Origin: Calcarisporiella thermophila CBS 279.70
Lineage: Eukaryota > Fungi > Calcarisporiellomycota
DNA length: 64,000 bases
Direction of reading: 5' to 3'
NCBI RefSeq assembly: GCF_041956535.1
Contig: NW_027192202.1
Location: 391,895-455,894 of the forward strand
Shown here: positions 12,287 through 25,726 of the stretch, in pieces
Position numbering within the stretch: position 1 is the first letter of the stretch
Layout of the letters: every line of letters starts with the position of its first letter
Translations under genes and position numbers: made by a program
The notes under the pieces: model-generated
Told to the model about the DNA's origin: nothing
Databases searched by the model: none
What the model saw: only the letters and a program-made list of their open reading frames with translations

Positions 12287-13988
12287 TCATTTGCCTTCGT
12301 TTTCTAGCAACCCCATTTCTAGCTCTTCTTCGAATTCACCGCCATTGAACGACTCAGAGGCGGATATTATGGTTGTTTCCTTGGTCTGATGCCTTGTGAT
12401 CCTTCCCATCTCTCGTTTCGCCAGCTCTTCAGCATTTTTTCCGCTATGTTGCCATAGGGAAATAAGCCCATGGGTATACAAGAAGGTAATAAACGCGAAC
12501 GAGATCAGCACATTCGCATAAGAGGACACATCCACCATCATATCCTCAAAGGTATGAACTTGCTCTTCATTGGCGCCCATGAACATATACCCAGCAAGTA
12601 TAAGCAACTGAGTGGCAGAAAAAATACAAAGGATGAGCGAGTGGATTCTAGAAAGTAATTGAAATATGAAAAGCTTACAAAGGGGGGTAGGTGCTGGAAT
12701 GGATGGATGCTATCCGAAGTATCTTCTCTTTTGACGACAAAGCATATCTCAACAATACGAGCCAGTGCTCCAAAACTGAGAACGTATCCGAACAAACTAT
12801 GAAGCTTCAGTGAGTATTCACTATGTTGTGCGTGGCCAACCATACTGTATCCAGTAAAGATAATGACAATCGCAGGTATGATACTGCGATTACCGCGGCG
12901 CGACAGGAATATTCCTGCTAGACCTCCAGCCCACCAAAGGATTCCAAGGGAAGTATCTAATTGTATCAAAGTCCGGAAGAGTCAAATTCAATCATCTCAA
13001 TAGGCTAGAAAAGTGAGCTTATATACGTTGCATGTCTCCATGGCTCCACGGCTCTTGGTTCCATCTATGCTCCGTGAAAGTATTCACTATTCCCCACTAA
13101 AGCAAATATAGACGAGGCATTCAATTACATTTAACAGGAGTTCTTAGGACTATTATAATCATACCAGCATGATAACCCAGCTATCATACCACTCAGGAGA
13201 TTTATTTTTCCGCCTCAACCACGGCCCTCCAACACGCAAAAGAAGGATCATGATAACACCGTAGGCTATAAAACTGCTTCCCATAATAAAATGTGCAAGA
13301 CATTGACCGAAGTGATCTATCCATTAAAAAGTTTAGAGCAACAAGAAAACTTCCATTATCTATCTGTGAAATGTCACCTTCGTAGCAAAAGCCAACACTC
13401 GTGATCACTCCAAGCACTATTTGGGTATATCCAACTATCGGAAACGCCTTTCCAAATAGACTATGCGCAAATTTGACGGTAGGTCTAAGTAGCTTGACAT
13501 GGATCCATTTTTCACCTCTTTCCAAGTGCAATTTCAAATAGATCCCAAAGATTACTTGGGCCCCTAGAATCCAAATAAGTATACCGCCAAAGGATGAATG
13601 AGCTCCCTCTCGGAATTGCCGGCCTCCATGCATATGGCCTAAGAAAATTCCAATTGCTGTCAAAGCGGTGCCGGCTATTTGGAGAGGGACGTGCCAACGC
13701 GAACGGGTCAATCCTAATATCATCCCTAGTGGAAACACAAAAGCCCAAGCAAGAATTTGTACTATGATGTGAGCTATCAAAATCCCGTCCACGGGGTCCG
13801 AGCTACAATACAGAATTCAAAAGGCAATTTAGAAGGATGGCCGAAGTCAGTTCGATCCGCTTATTAGTCATCTTCACCAACCTGACGTTAAGGTCGCCCA
13901 ACATATCATCATGATGCTCATGAGCTATAGTAACGGGCAAAATTATAAGTAATAGGAGGAGGTATAACATCGTCAGTTTTGGTATCAT
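12287..13988 (-). CDS. YTP1: YTP1-like polytopic membrane protein (cytochrome b561-like N-terminal domain)
   Basis: Signal peptide then HEHHDD; DPVDGILIAHI, FPLGMILGLTRSRWHVPLQ, DHFGQCLAHFIMGSSF, VNTFTEHRW, HPFQHLPPF, FMGANEEQV. Start codon could be 13970. Confidence 0.88.
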
Positions 13989-14288
13989 AATGTGGATCAA
14001 TAGGCTTATAAAACACCATAGAGGACGCTTATGACAAATCTGGTTAAATGTAGTTTCAGATTTTAAAGTGACTGTGAATGGCTTGGAGACTTCTCCTGAA
14101 TCGTATATTATGCTACCCATACTACAAGTGTTCCTGGAAAAAATGGAGAAATGAAACACACGCTATTAAAAAAAAATGAAAATTATATATTCATATGCAT
14201 ACAATGAGAAGAGATAAATCCAGTCTAACTCTTAATAAATAAAATGGTTGGTATTTCTAGATTCTATTGAAGAAGTGAGGAGGGTTTT

Positions 14289-15592
14289 CTACCATGATAG
14301 CATTTGGCTCTTTGGAGAGTGCCAAACACTGTTTTGCATATGTCCACGGTAAAGCTCACGAATCACTTTGCCATGGAGAATGGTCTGTTCCACAATCGAC
14401 TCTACGTGACAAGGGGTGACGCGACCATACCAGATCCCACGTTTGCCTCCTTGTGTATACACAATAACATTACCTGCAAATTTATGCCCTATGATCAGAT
14501 AAGCAAGAGAGTTAAATTACAAGATGTTTGAACAAGTATTTAAAGATTGATCAGATTACCTCCAATATGGCTAACCATGTATACGACTGCTCCCTTTTGC
14601 TCTTCATGCATATCATCCAACAGAAGTATGTCTCCAGCCTCAATTTTGTTTTTGGATTTTAAATAACGACTATTGTCAAAACCAACGCAAAATTTCCCGT
14701 AGGAGCTGAGAACTTTCTCGAACTCATCTCGCAGAGGGGGTGCCGTAACTCCACAGCGCTTGTCTCGTCTACGGTGCGAACATATGAGAGTGACGGCATC
14801 ATAGGGGATCCGACGTATTTCAAACAATGTACCATCTATCCTTTTAACATCTCCAATATCATCCAGCATATCATAGCCATTCCCATTCACAAAACCGTCC
14901 CCTCTATCCAGCTGGATTCTTCCTTTTTCAGGATTTGAGACTGTTGGTAATGGACGGGTCAAGAAAGTTTCGTAGAAAACCTGGGCATCCGATGGTCTAA
15001 CGTTTGATACTAGAATATTATCCGGCATTAAAAGGACATCGCATCCGTCTTCAATCGTAGAATACACGTTGCGGCGACTAATGTTCGTTATTAATATACA
15101 CATATTCTCCGGTCTCTCTATATATCCTTTCTCCTGCTTAAGTTTGGCTAACTTTTCCTTGGTCTCTTTGTCAACTTTTGTGAGCTTCGATGCTAGGGAC
15201 TGAGTGTCGTCCTCCAGAATCTCAACCCAATCTGTCTGACCAGTTGAAATCATGACTTGTCTAACATAGGGTTTCACTGACCCAGCCAATTGTGATTCTA
15301 TGTCGATTTTTAGATAAGACGGATAATTCGAATGAACATAACAATGTTCCAGCTCTGGACAGGTCCAGCACGGATCCTCAAATAATTCTTCGGGTACCTG
15401 AGAAATGGAAGGATTATCAGGCTTTTCGTTTAGTTGTACGGGGGGAGGAGAGGGAGAGGGAGTAAGCATTAGATCGGCGGCAGAGAAATAATTATCGTTG
15501 CCGCTGTCTGAAGAGGGGGGAGTGGGAGGATTGCTCCTTGTAGGAGTGAGAGATCCAAGATTAGAAAAAATAGATTTAATGAATTCACTCAT
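14289..15592 (-). CDS. APD1: APD1/AIM32-like thioredoxin-like [2Fe-2S] ferredoxin (sucrase/ferredoxin family)
   Basis: ISTGQTDW, CSHRRRDKRCG (C-X8-C) and, after an intron, SHIGG-HKFAGNVIVY...GIWYGRVTP (HxGGH); ends MLSW*. Confidence 0.85.
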
Positions 15593-16099
15593 TGTTTATA
15601 GTAAAAAGGGCATCTGAAGAAGAATGTGGAGAATGAGAAGGGTCCGAATTATAGGGGAAATTGGATGAATTACAAATGTCAAAGAAAGATGAAGTGGTTG
15701 CAGATATTAAAGAAAAGGTGGTGGGAAATTTCCGAAAACATCGGATTTTTGAATGAAAGAGTAAATAATCAGATCATAATTTTGTTTTCCATTTGGAAAG
15801 CTTTAAGTTTTGCCGTGTATGACAGCGCATTAAGGTTGCTGGATTTAAACGAATTATCGAAGGCGTCATATTCGATATATTCCTATTCATTTGGCGGTTT
15901 ATCGTGTTTAGCTTCTTACGTATTCGGCGCTAACCTAGCGCGGGGTAAAGCTCAGAGTGCGGAGAACAAGAACAGTATATTAAACAACATAGGACCGCAA
16001 ATATCTTAATCAATCTAATTAGCGGGATGGCCTAAAATTACAATTACTCCTGCCGCGTGATTTACATTAACTATAACGCTAAAGAAATGCTATAAGTTG

Positions 16100-16390
16100 T
16101 TAAAGACAAATTTTCCAGCAACATATCATGGAGATTCCGATAAGGACCACCACCACCACTAGGATCGCAATAAGCGCATTCTTGCTTATTCCTCCAACCC
16201 GGTCAGAGCCATCTCCTCCTTGGTTTGGTTTTACTGGATTAGTGGATGTTCCGCCCGGTGATAGACCCGTTGAGGTAGAGATGATGGATACATCGGTTAT
16301 AGCATTCTGGCGGGGATAAAAACGTGCAGATGCAATGTGAACAATGAGAAGAAATATTAAAAGAGAAAGAAAAATATATTGGGGCTTCAT
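16100..16390 (-). CDS. Small single-pass membrane protein, 96 aa (signal peptide, Ser/Thr/Gly linker, TM helix, Cys-rich tail)
   Basis: MKPQYIFLSLLIFLLIVHIASA signal; GISKNALIAILVVVVVLIGISMICCW TM segment. Confidence 0.7.
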   Translation of the reverse strand: MKPQYIFLSLLIFLLIVHIASARFYPRQNAITDVSIISTSTGLSPGGTSTNPVKPNQGGDGSDRVGGISKNALIAILVVVVVLIGISMICCWKICL

Positions 16391-16740
16391 GGAATAACAG
16401 ATGATATAGAACGGGAATTGAGCTGATTTATAAAATGCAATTGAGTGCTATTCAGTTAGGTTACAAGAGTTGGTTATACGTTCGTAATGATTGTAATTAG
16501 AATGCAATTGTCTGAAAATTGGTGAATTTGATGACACGATCCAGTTGTGGAGTTGAGCAAGTCACCGCAGCTCAATTTGTGTAAAATAAGAGACAAATCG
16601 AAACAGATTGCTCCATGCTACAGAATAGGGTGCTCTCTCCAACACATCTCACAAGTACGTCAAATTTTCAATCAGTTCACGAGTACATTAAAATGGATAT
16701 ATTTCTCATATAAACAGTTTAATAAGCAAAAGTCTCCATA

Positions 16741-19566
16741 CTATTCTCGCTGATATTCCAAGAGTGCTTGGGCCATTTTCCGTACTTTTGGATTGTAATG
16801 TGTCTACGGTTAGAGGGTTAGAAAAGCTTAGTGTCCAGCCAAGTTTTTATAGAGAAAAGCGTAAAAATAGTACCTGCAATAGCATCAGCTCCCACAGACT
16901 CGTTGCAAAAGGGTTGCATAGCTCTGGGTCATCCACATAAGGGAGATATGTGCCTCCACTCGCAACTTCCTCCGAGCACAGCAACACATCCAATTTTGGG
17001 TGTTTCTAAAGAAGTAGTGGGTTAGATCTTCTCTTAGTAATACACAACATAAGCATAAGCTAGATATCGAACCATCACAAGCCGTTTTATCAATCCCAAA
17101 CAGCTCACCACAGTTTTTCCAGGCATTTGCAAGCAAGCAGTGGCCATTCTCTTAGTGAAAGCTGCCGTTCTTTCTACAGGCACTCGGTATTTTTGGAAAA
17201 ACATCATTTCTATCTCCTTGGCCAAAAGTTCTCGCTCACTCGCTACTCGGTGTTCATGGCGACTCTCTAGCCCAGCTTCTACCATGTTGGCTGCGGGAGG
17301 TGTTTCTATATGGGGGTTGAGGCATAGAGGGAGTAGCGTTGCATAGAGCTGGCGATAAAAATCTTGGAGATCTAGATCTAGAGAACGAGCCTGGCCGGAT
17401 AGTAGCTGGAAAGCAGTTAGAATGCAGAGCAGACTTCGCCGAGTATCAACCCCGTTTGTATCATTATCCTCGTCTTCATTCATCGAGGCGCTCTCGCCCT
17501 TTTCAGTATGCTTGGTGTTCGCTCCGATCATGATTTTCTTCAGTATTTCAAGGAGGTCTCCGAAAAAGTCCACACTGATCAGGTGAGCAAATCTAAATAA
17601 ACCGTGGGACATTATTGATCAGTCAAAAACTCCAATAAAAATGTTGGTTTATACTAACGTTGCTAGGCCTTCTAACACGGTGGGTAAAAGCGGCGACATG
17701 CTCTTTGTATTTTTTAAAACACGGAAATAGGTGATGAACACAAGCTTGAGTGTCTCAGAATGCTATAGTAGATTGAGCGTAAATATAAAAGAACATGCAC
17801 TAAAGCAATAGAATCGTTCTGCCTACTCTTTTTTCTCTCTCCTCCTTATCCACTACGGCTTCGGCTTCGCGCATCTCCTTCTGAATCTCCATTCTTTCTT
17901 TCTCGAGCTTCTTCTGTTTTCGTGTCATATGTGGACGTTTGCGCTTCTTTCCACGCTTTTCACTCTCATCATTTTCTCCATCTTGCACATGCTTGGGGTT
18001 CAATTCGTCACGCAGACGTAGATGCAAAAATGTGTTCAGAACTTGCTCATGTATTCCATAATTTTTTGCTTTGGCCATTTTCGAAATGAGTTTGACAGCA
18101 TCAAGTGATGCCTCACCAGACTCATCTGACTTAAAAACATCGATAATGGCATCACAGCACCTTGCAGCAACCTAAACGATTTGCGTCATTAGTATTAATA
18201 ATCAAAATTAAAAACAATATTATTTATCCCTAATCATAAACTTACTTTGTTCCACCGTCGCACACTCATCCGAGCGATTACCGCCGACATCAAGTTAAGG
18301 CGAAAGTTGAAATGCGGCTTTTCCGTAAGTAGCGTGCACATGCACTCAATCGCCACAGACGCATCATCCGATTTGATAGGTTCATTCAATGTTTTCTCGA
18401 CTCCATTCTCTTTATCTTTAAGCTTGGATTTTGCATTTTTAAGTTCATTTTCTAATTGTTGCAGATAGGTCTGATAATTTGATAGGAGAGTCTGCTCAAA
18501 CGCTCGAAGTTTCTTTACTTCTTTCGAAACCTACACAAGATGAATAAAAGATTAAGCACAATCAAAGAATAAAAATAGGTCTGTTTATACCTTTTCAGCC
18601 TTCTCTTTTTCTGTAAGCTGTCGTATCCGATATCCGGGTATAATGTCCTTGTAAACCGCTAACTGCGTCAATAATGCGAGCTTCTTGATTTTTGGATTCA
18701 TATCCTGGGATATCTCTCGCAAGTTCTTCAATTGACCGATCTATCCAAAATAAAGAACCTTACTATCAATACCAAGAGTGGAATTCGGTTGAATAAACTT
18801 ATCGATTACATTATTTTCCGGATCTTCCATTATTGCTTGAGCAATAGCTGCTAGTTCCTCCTTCTTCTTCACTATATACTCTTTCATTGACATTGGTTTC
18901 TCGTGTTCTTCAGAAGCTTCGTGCTCCTGCAGCTCACTTTCAAACTCCATTTCGTCATCTTCATCCACCTCCTCTTCATCCGTAGCATCGCTCACATCTC
19001 TATCAACGACCTCTGCTTCATTTTCTTCTTCATCTCCTTCAGGCACTACGATTCGTCCACTCGCTAATTTGATAGGTAATCGCTTTGAGTCCTTTTTTGG
19101 CTCCCAATCTCCCACCCTTCGAGGCTGTATTTCGTATTCCTGCTCTTCATCAGAATCACTATCAAAGTATCCTGTATCTCTATCATTCTCCCTCTCTTCC
19201 TCCTCTTCCTCATCCTCAGATGAATCGCTTAAAGCTACCGCGGAAAGATCGGTGCTACTCTTTGCTTTCGCCACTGAGGGTTTTTTAGCCCTTGTAATTT
19301 CGTTTTTGTGCAAAGAGACAGGGTCCAGCCGATTGAGAAATCCTGTAAAGTCACCATGCTCACGAAAGAACTCTAGATCCTCTTCATTTAGCTCGACATC
19401 TTCCTCAGGATTATTCTGAGGATGCTCTATCAACTTGGGAACTTTGACATCCTAGTAAATAGTAATCTTAAGTTTATCAAAACTAAAATAAGAAATGAAA
19501 AATATCAACCTTTTGTTGCTTCTTAGCCTTGTTCTTTTTTGGGTTGAATTTGGTCTTGGGAGGCAT
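16741..19566 (-). CDS. NOC3: Nucleolar complex protein 3 (CBF/Mak21 domain), multi-exon
   Basis: EQEYEIQPR...[74 protein letters not shown]. Confidence 0.95.
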
Positions 19567-19633
19567 GACGATCTAGGTATTGGTACCCAAAATGCTAAGA
19601 AGGGACATATTTTGTGATTAAGTGGCTCAGCGA

Positions 19634-19672
19634 GTAAACAAATATAAATGACTGTCGAATTTAACAGTCACA
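19634..19672. promoter_or_regulatory. NOC3/PET8 bidirectional promoter: GTAAACA plus inverted TGACTGT...ACAGTCACA
   Basis: GTAAACA 19634-19640, TGACTG 19649-19654 and CAGTCACA 19665-19672 lie in a 160-bp divergent spacer. Confidence 0.55.
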
Positions 19673-19726
19673 CTAATATCGAACGACAATTTCGATACTT
19701 GTTGTTTTGCTCGAAAAGGTGGAAAA

Positions 19727-21029
19727 ATGGCTTCCGTAGACGTCAAAGTCTCGAGAAGCCCCCTAGCACGAAACGAGCATAAGACGGGATATGTTGGGAG
19801 CTGGAAGCAAGCGTTTGTGGTAACTATATTTTATTTCAATTTATATAATCTTACTCCAGTTGCATGTCACCATAAATTATTTAAACATTTTAATAATCGC
19901 ATAGGCTGGAGCTATCTCGGGCACAGCAGTAGATACCGTACTATTTCCATTGGATACCATTAAGACACGCTTACAATCACAGGCAGGCTTCGCTGCTGCG
20001 GGTGGATTCAGAGGAATTTATTCAGGTTTATTATCTGCCGTAATTGGGAGCGCGCCAAACGGTAAAAATTCGTTTTGCATCCCTTGCTTTAGTTAAATTA
20101 GAGGTTCTAAATCGTCTTGTTTTTGGATGAAGCGGCCGCATTTTTTGTGACGTATGAAAGTATTAAACGACTGCTAGGTGATAATGTTAGCGGGAATTAT
20201 GCTCCTGCCGTTCATATGGCCGCCGCCTCTTGTGGTGAAATTGTAAGCTTTTGGCAATTATTGCTCTTCATTTCTTTATCCAATATAATGGATATTGGTT
20301 GGGAATAATTAGGCTGCATGTTTGATCAGAGTTCCAACTGAAGTTATTAAACAGCGGATGCAAGCGAAACAATTCCGAACGACCAGTGACGCTGTCAATG
20401 CGGTCTTTCGAAATGAAGGTGTATTAGGATTTTACCGTGGGTATTTAAGCACAGTTTTTCGAGAAGTATGATTGCATACAAATAGCTACAAGAAGAGTTC
20501 TTCAATTTATTATGTGTATTCACCTATTGCATTATTTTAAGATCCCGTTCACTTGCGTGCAATTTCCGCTCTATGAATATCTCAAGGTCCTTCATTTGAT
20601 TTGAACTATACGATCTTACACTCACCCACATGCCTTTACAGCTATCTTATGCCGAGCTAAGGCAGCGTCGGATTGAACCTGCTGAAGCAGCCGTTTGCGG
20701 TTCTATTGCTGGAGGATTTGCCGCAGCAGTCACAACCCCGCTAGATGTAGTGAAAACAAGAGTGATGCTCTCCCACAAAGTAAGACAACTCTAAAACGTG
20801 GATAATCTTTGGCTAATATTTTTTTTCTCCCCCTTTGCAGGATGCAACGTACAAGAAATATAATGGTATTGGAAATACTTTCCGCCGCATTATTGCAGAA
20901 GAGGGCTTCCTTGTGTTGTTCTCTGGAATTGGGCCACGTGTGTTATGGATATCAATTGGAGGAAGTATATTCTTGGGCGTTTATGAACAAGTGAAAAAGG
21001 TGTTAGTATCCGAGGAAATACTTGTATAA
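19727..21029 (+). CDS. PET8: Mitochondrial S-adenosylmethionine carrier (SLC25A26-like), multi-exon
   Basis: Three carrier repeats: FPLDTIKTRLQSQAGFAAAGGFRGIYSGL, VPTEVIKQRMQ, TPLDVVKTRVML; C-terminal LFSGIGPRVLWISIGGSIFLGVYE. Confidence 0.95.
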
Positions 21030-21145
21030 AAATAATAGAATATCGAGCTGAATAAACGAAAATAAGCCACCATTTTGGAAATAGCTCGAAATTTACTTCA
21101 TTGCACTTTTTTTTTTTTGCTTCAAGTTAATATTTTTGTGAAATT

Positions 21146-22508
21146 ATGGCGGCCATCAATCGGCAACTCGAAAAACTCAAGAAATCAGTGGAAAATGGGA
21201 ATTATTATGAAGCCCATCAGATGTATCGGACTGTTTGCAATCGGTTAGCATTCATCATAAATCGCTATATAATTAACTTAAGAAATCGATGAATATGATC
21301 TTTATTTAACATCATATTCTTTCCATCTTTATTAGGTATGTCAAACAGTCCAAATATGCTGACGCCATTGAACTTCTTTTTTCTGGCTCAGTAACACTTT
21401 TGAAGCATGGTCAAAGTGGTAGCGGCGCAGACTTGGCACGTTACCTTGTTGAAGCTTATACAGGTGGTCAGATTGAAGTAAACAATGAATCGAGGAGTAA
21501 GAGTCCAGTTAAAGAAAAAGGAATTGCATATACTAATAATGTGATAAATTAGAACGCATTTTTGAGATTTTGGAGATAATGCCATCTGAAGAACCAGGCC
21601 GTAAAATATTTATACAAGAAGCCATCGCGTAACTTTTCAGCATCAACTTTATATTACTTTACATTTTTTCTGACATATGTATTTCTCTATCTAATTTTGT
21701 TATTACTAGCTGGTCCGCAAAATTTGGGGAGAATCCTAACGGAGACTCAGAGTTCCATCATTTCCTTGGGAACCTATTATGGAAAGGTGAGAAAATACAT
21801 CAGAATACTTGAAAGAAGGATATATCAAATTTATTCTACTTGCTCCCAAAACTTAGAAAAGAATTTCCAAGAAGCGGAGAGGCACTTCCTGCTTGGCACA
21901 GACGAGAGTGGCAGATTGTTGGGTAGTCTATTATTCGAGTGGGCCGAATTCGATAACAATATAGTACATGCCGCAAATTATCTTGCACCAGCAGTTTTGC
22001 AGTAAGTCAATACAATACAATAATTGCCTAATAATTTCCATGATTGTATATGTTTACCATTTACAGGCAACTTTCCATTAAGAATATTCGCGATGCAATT
22101 ATCACCTTTGATACCTTCATTGCCTCGTGGAAAACGAAAGACCCCAATGTAATGCAAGCTAAATCCGTTGATTATAAACCTGCACCCGTTGATCCTGCAA
22201 CTAAAGTTCCACTCTACCGAGAACCTTTGCTCAATTTCCTGCAACTACTTCTCTTTACCGTTCAACGTGACGCTGCCGATATGTTCAAAACATTACGAAA
22301 TGCATACCAACAAGTATTAAGTCAAGAGCAACTTTATTCACAACTTCTGGATCGAATTGGTGAAACGTTCTTTGGAATTCAACCTCCCAGAAATCAGAAT
22401 TTGTTCCAGGATTTATTTAGCAGTTTACTAGGTGGAGGAGGAAATATAGGCTCAGGTGCAAGTGCAGCAAGGCCTAGTGGAGGAAGACCTGCAATGGAAC
22501 TGGATTGA
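21146..22508 (+). CDS. GET4: Golgi-to-ER traffic protein 4, multi-exon
   Basis: GNYYEAHQMYRTVCNR-Y, HGQSGSGADLA, GDSEFHHFLG, AERHFLLGT, PLLNFLQLLL, LDRIGETFFGI. Confidence 0.93.
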
Positions 22509-23002
22509 TTTTAGTAGACTGTAATGGGATCGCATTTAACTTTATTAATATTATAAAAATAAACACGAATTTCGACTTGAACATGATCACCTAAATGCTC
22601 TATTAAGCCTGACTTATTTCTAGGCACTGAACTTTTCTATCCAGTATCTTTCTCTTCTTTTACGTATATCCTTTATCGGGAAACTTGTTCGGCTAATTAC
22701 GGGTGGAAAAGATTATATACACTACTTCGTCCAGTTCAGTATGGAGTATGGAGAGATGTACAATAAGTATAAAATGAAATGCTTAGCAAAATATCTGATA
22801 TCTACAGATTCCTAAACACTCCACTTTGCAAGTCTTAGTCACTGTGAAAATATTCTTGAGCTATGGAGCAGGCTGTAGCTACAATAACTAAATGTTAGGG
22901 TGGCCAATCAAATAGATAAGAACTAATATTGGCCTGTTACTATATAATTTAAAATTTTATAGGACACGTAAATTTATTTTGTAACAGAATTAATAGTACC
23001 TA

Positions 23003-24460
23003 ATGGTATGCTAAGTACTCGTCTAACTCTCGATGGTACACAACATTAATGTATGTAGTTTAGCACGGTAGAGCTCGCATAAAAAGAACACCAGAGCAAG
23101 AACAGGCTAGGCGCGAGGAGGATGCGATTAAGATCAAATCTTATCGCAATCTTGTCGATCAAGCCCTCCAACGTGTATGTCCATATTTGAATAACATTAC
23201 TCTTTGATGATAAGATGGTATTGACTTTATCCTGAAATATAGTACCGATCCGAAGAGTATGGTGATGATTCTTTGGCCCTCACCACCAAGATCCTTGGTC
23301 AGAATCCAGATTTTTATACGATATGGAATTTTAGGAGAATGATCCTTTGTGCAATTCTTGAGCAAGCGTGAGTTGAGATTATATCTATTCATTTCGATTA
23401 GATACGATTTAAGAGCGAATCTCCCTACTCTGTAACTGCAGAATACAAGAGGAGAAGCAAAAGACATTCGAGAGGGAGCTCACTTTCTTAGCTCAAATAA
23501 TCCGACTTAACCCAAAATCATACTGGATATTTAACCATCGTCGATGGTGTCTTCAGAATATGCCAACTCCAGACTGGGATCGTGAACTTATCCTGGTTGG
23601 AAAAATGCTTGATCTGGATGCAAGAAATTGTAAGATGATGCCTATATAACGAAAGATTAATGCAACTCACCCTTGTGAAATATATTTTAGTCCATGGTTG
23701 GGATTACAGACGATACATCATTCGGAATATGGAGTCTACTTCAACCTCTCAACCTGAACTTTTACGCTCCGAGTTTGATTACACGACGCAGAAGTTGGGG
23801 CAAAATTTTTCGAATTATTCTGCCTGGCATAATCGCAGTCGCCTATTACCGCGTATTGTCGAAGGAAAGTCAGAGAAAGAGAGAAGGGAAGTTGCTGACA
23901 AAGAATTTCAAATGGTGGAAAATGCTTTTTGGACTGACCCTGCAGATCAGAGCGCATGGTTTTATCACCTTTGGCTGATTTGGAGCAACAAAGAGTCGGG
24001 TAATATAGTAAATTGATCTCTATATATGGCGCTTATTCTTAATATTTCTACTAGTAATTGCGCCTGACACAATGGATCAAAAGGATATTGAAAAATTCAA
24101 TGTGCGCACCTCGACACTCAGTCCTTGGTATTCCATGGATCATCTCACGCTTATTGATCGTGAGATTGGTATGATACGTAGGTTACTCGAAGAACTCGAT
24201 ACGGATAACGATACGGATAGTCGATGTATAATTTTTTTTTATTATTTAATATATTGCTATCATTAACTAATGGCATTTTCCTGACTTACCTAGGGCCATT
24301 GAAGGTTCTCGTAAATCTATTAGCACAACAGAAAATGCTGGATCACCAAGTAAACTCAGCAAGAGCTGAGGAAGCGCGAAAGATTTTAACCAAGTTGATG
24401 AAGCTAGATCAATATCGAAGACAATTGTATGAAGATATGACCAAAGAATGGCAAGAATAA
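23003..24460 (+). CDS. BET4: Rab geranylgeranyltransferase alpha subunit, multi-exon
   Basis: ATG-only first exon, then HGRARIK. PPTA repeats NPDFYTIWNFRR, NPKSYWIFNHRRW, DARNFHGWDYRR, NFSNYSAWHNRS, TDPADQSAWFYH. Confidence 0.92.
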
Positions 24461-25032
24461 ATTCTTTACAAATCATATCAATCAAGTAACCGTATTCTGA
24501 ATAATTATTATAATCTATACTCTGTTTGTAAACTGGAGTGCAAATTGGAGGAGAGGTATTTACGCCTACATTAGCTTAGAGCATTTCTTAAGTGATATAA
24601 ACGTGTCCGAATTTATTTTAACAGATAAACTGGAATAATAAAACGGAGATTATTCAAATAAACCCGAGGTAAACAGCAAGAAATTTTAACTTATAAGCTT
24701 TCTTCATATTACTGATACATTTATCAACTCTAATTTATAATATTGATGCTAGTACTTCTAGAGCTACCTGACACAAGTTAATATCTGTGAGTGGTATCTT
24801 TAGGCAAACAAAGAAAAAATGAATCTCCTTGTTTAGTAATAGTCTTTGAGTTTTAACTCAACATACTTTTCATGGTGATTTAGCATCGAAATAGTCGTAG
24901 CCTTTCCACTTTTATTATTCATTAATATACAATTGGCAAGAGGCAATAATGCATTGTACCGGCTTGCTCAAACGATAAGCGTATTGGTATAGTAAAAGCT
25001 ATTTACACAATAAATTATATTAGTAAAGCCGT

Positions 25033-25562
25033 TTATTTTTCGCTTGCACCAGGTTCGCCAGTTGAAACAGAGTTCTCTCTTGGGTAGAATCCAGAAAAAG
25101 TCGTGGCATACTCCGAAGGATTAGTTTCGTGAAGTCGGTTCTTCATCCGTAAACGACGATTAGAAATCACTTCTTCAGTTGCTAAATAAATAATTGGCAC
25201 TAAGTTAATAAGTAAGTGAGGTTGAATAAGGATTTATACATTTCCCAGCGCGTTCCACTTTAACTTCCTTATTCAATTCTGCTATGTGATGAAATTTGTC
25301 TTCGAGTAATTTTCCCGCATCTTTGGCGCTTTTATACGACAAGAAACCATAACCCAAATAACGTTTCGTTTCTGGACACTATATAATTATCAAGAAAGTA
25401 TTAGCGGAAAATAAATCTAAATAATAAGAAATATCTGCATACCCGTGTAAATTTATATTCAATTAAAGGCCCAAACTTTTCAAAATATGAAATAACAGAA
25501 TGAGCATCGGATATTCTGTTAATACCATCCCAAACGCGAAAAAATATGCGAGGCGTTGTCAT
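25033..25562 (-). CDS. Small RRM-domain protein, about 136 aa, 3 exons (not in ORF track)
   Basis: GT-AG splicing joins MTTPRIFFRVWDGINRISDAHSVISYFEKFGPLIEYKFTR | CPETKRYLGYGFLSYKSAKDA...EVKVERAGK | STEEVIS...GASEK* in frame. RNP1-like LGYGFLSY. Confidence 0.8.
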
Positions 25563-25628
25563 TCTATTGATGTTGAATGCACTTGATTTTATAAATACAA
25601 AAAGAGCGTGGTTATTATTCTGATTTTT

Positions 25629-25664
25629 TGACTGCTAATGTGACATTTGTTTACAAAATTTTCA
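25629..25664. promoter_or_regulatory. RRM/DIP2 bidirectional promoter: TGACTG, TGTTTAC (forkhead) and RRPE-like AAAATTTTCA
   Basis: Motifs clustered within 36 nt in a roughly 165-bp divergent spacer upstream of a ribosome-biogenesis gene. Confidence 0.5.
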
Positions 25665-25726
25665 TACTCAGCTAGACTTCATTTTAAATTTTGAACATTG
25701 AAAGATTAAATGATTAACTGGGCAAA

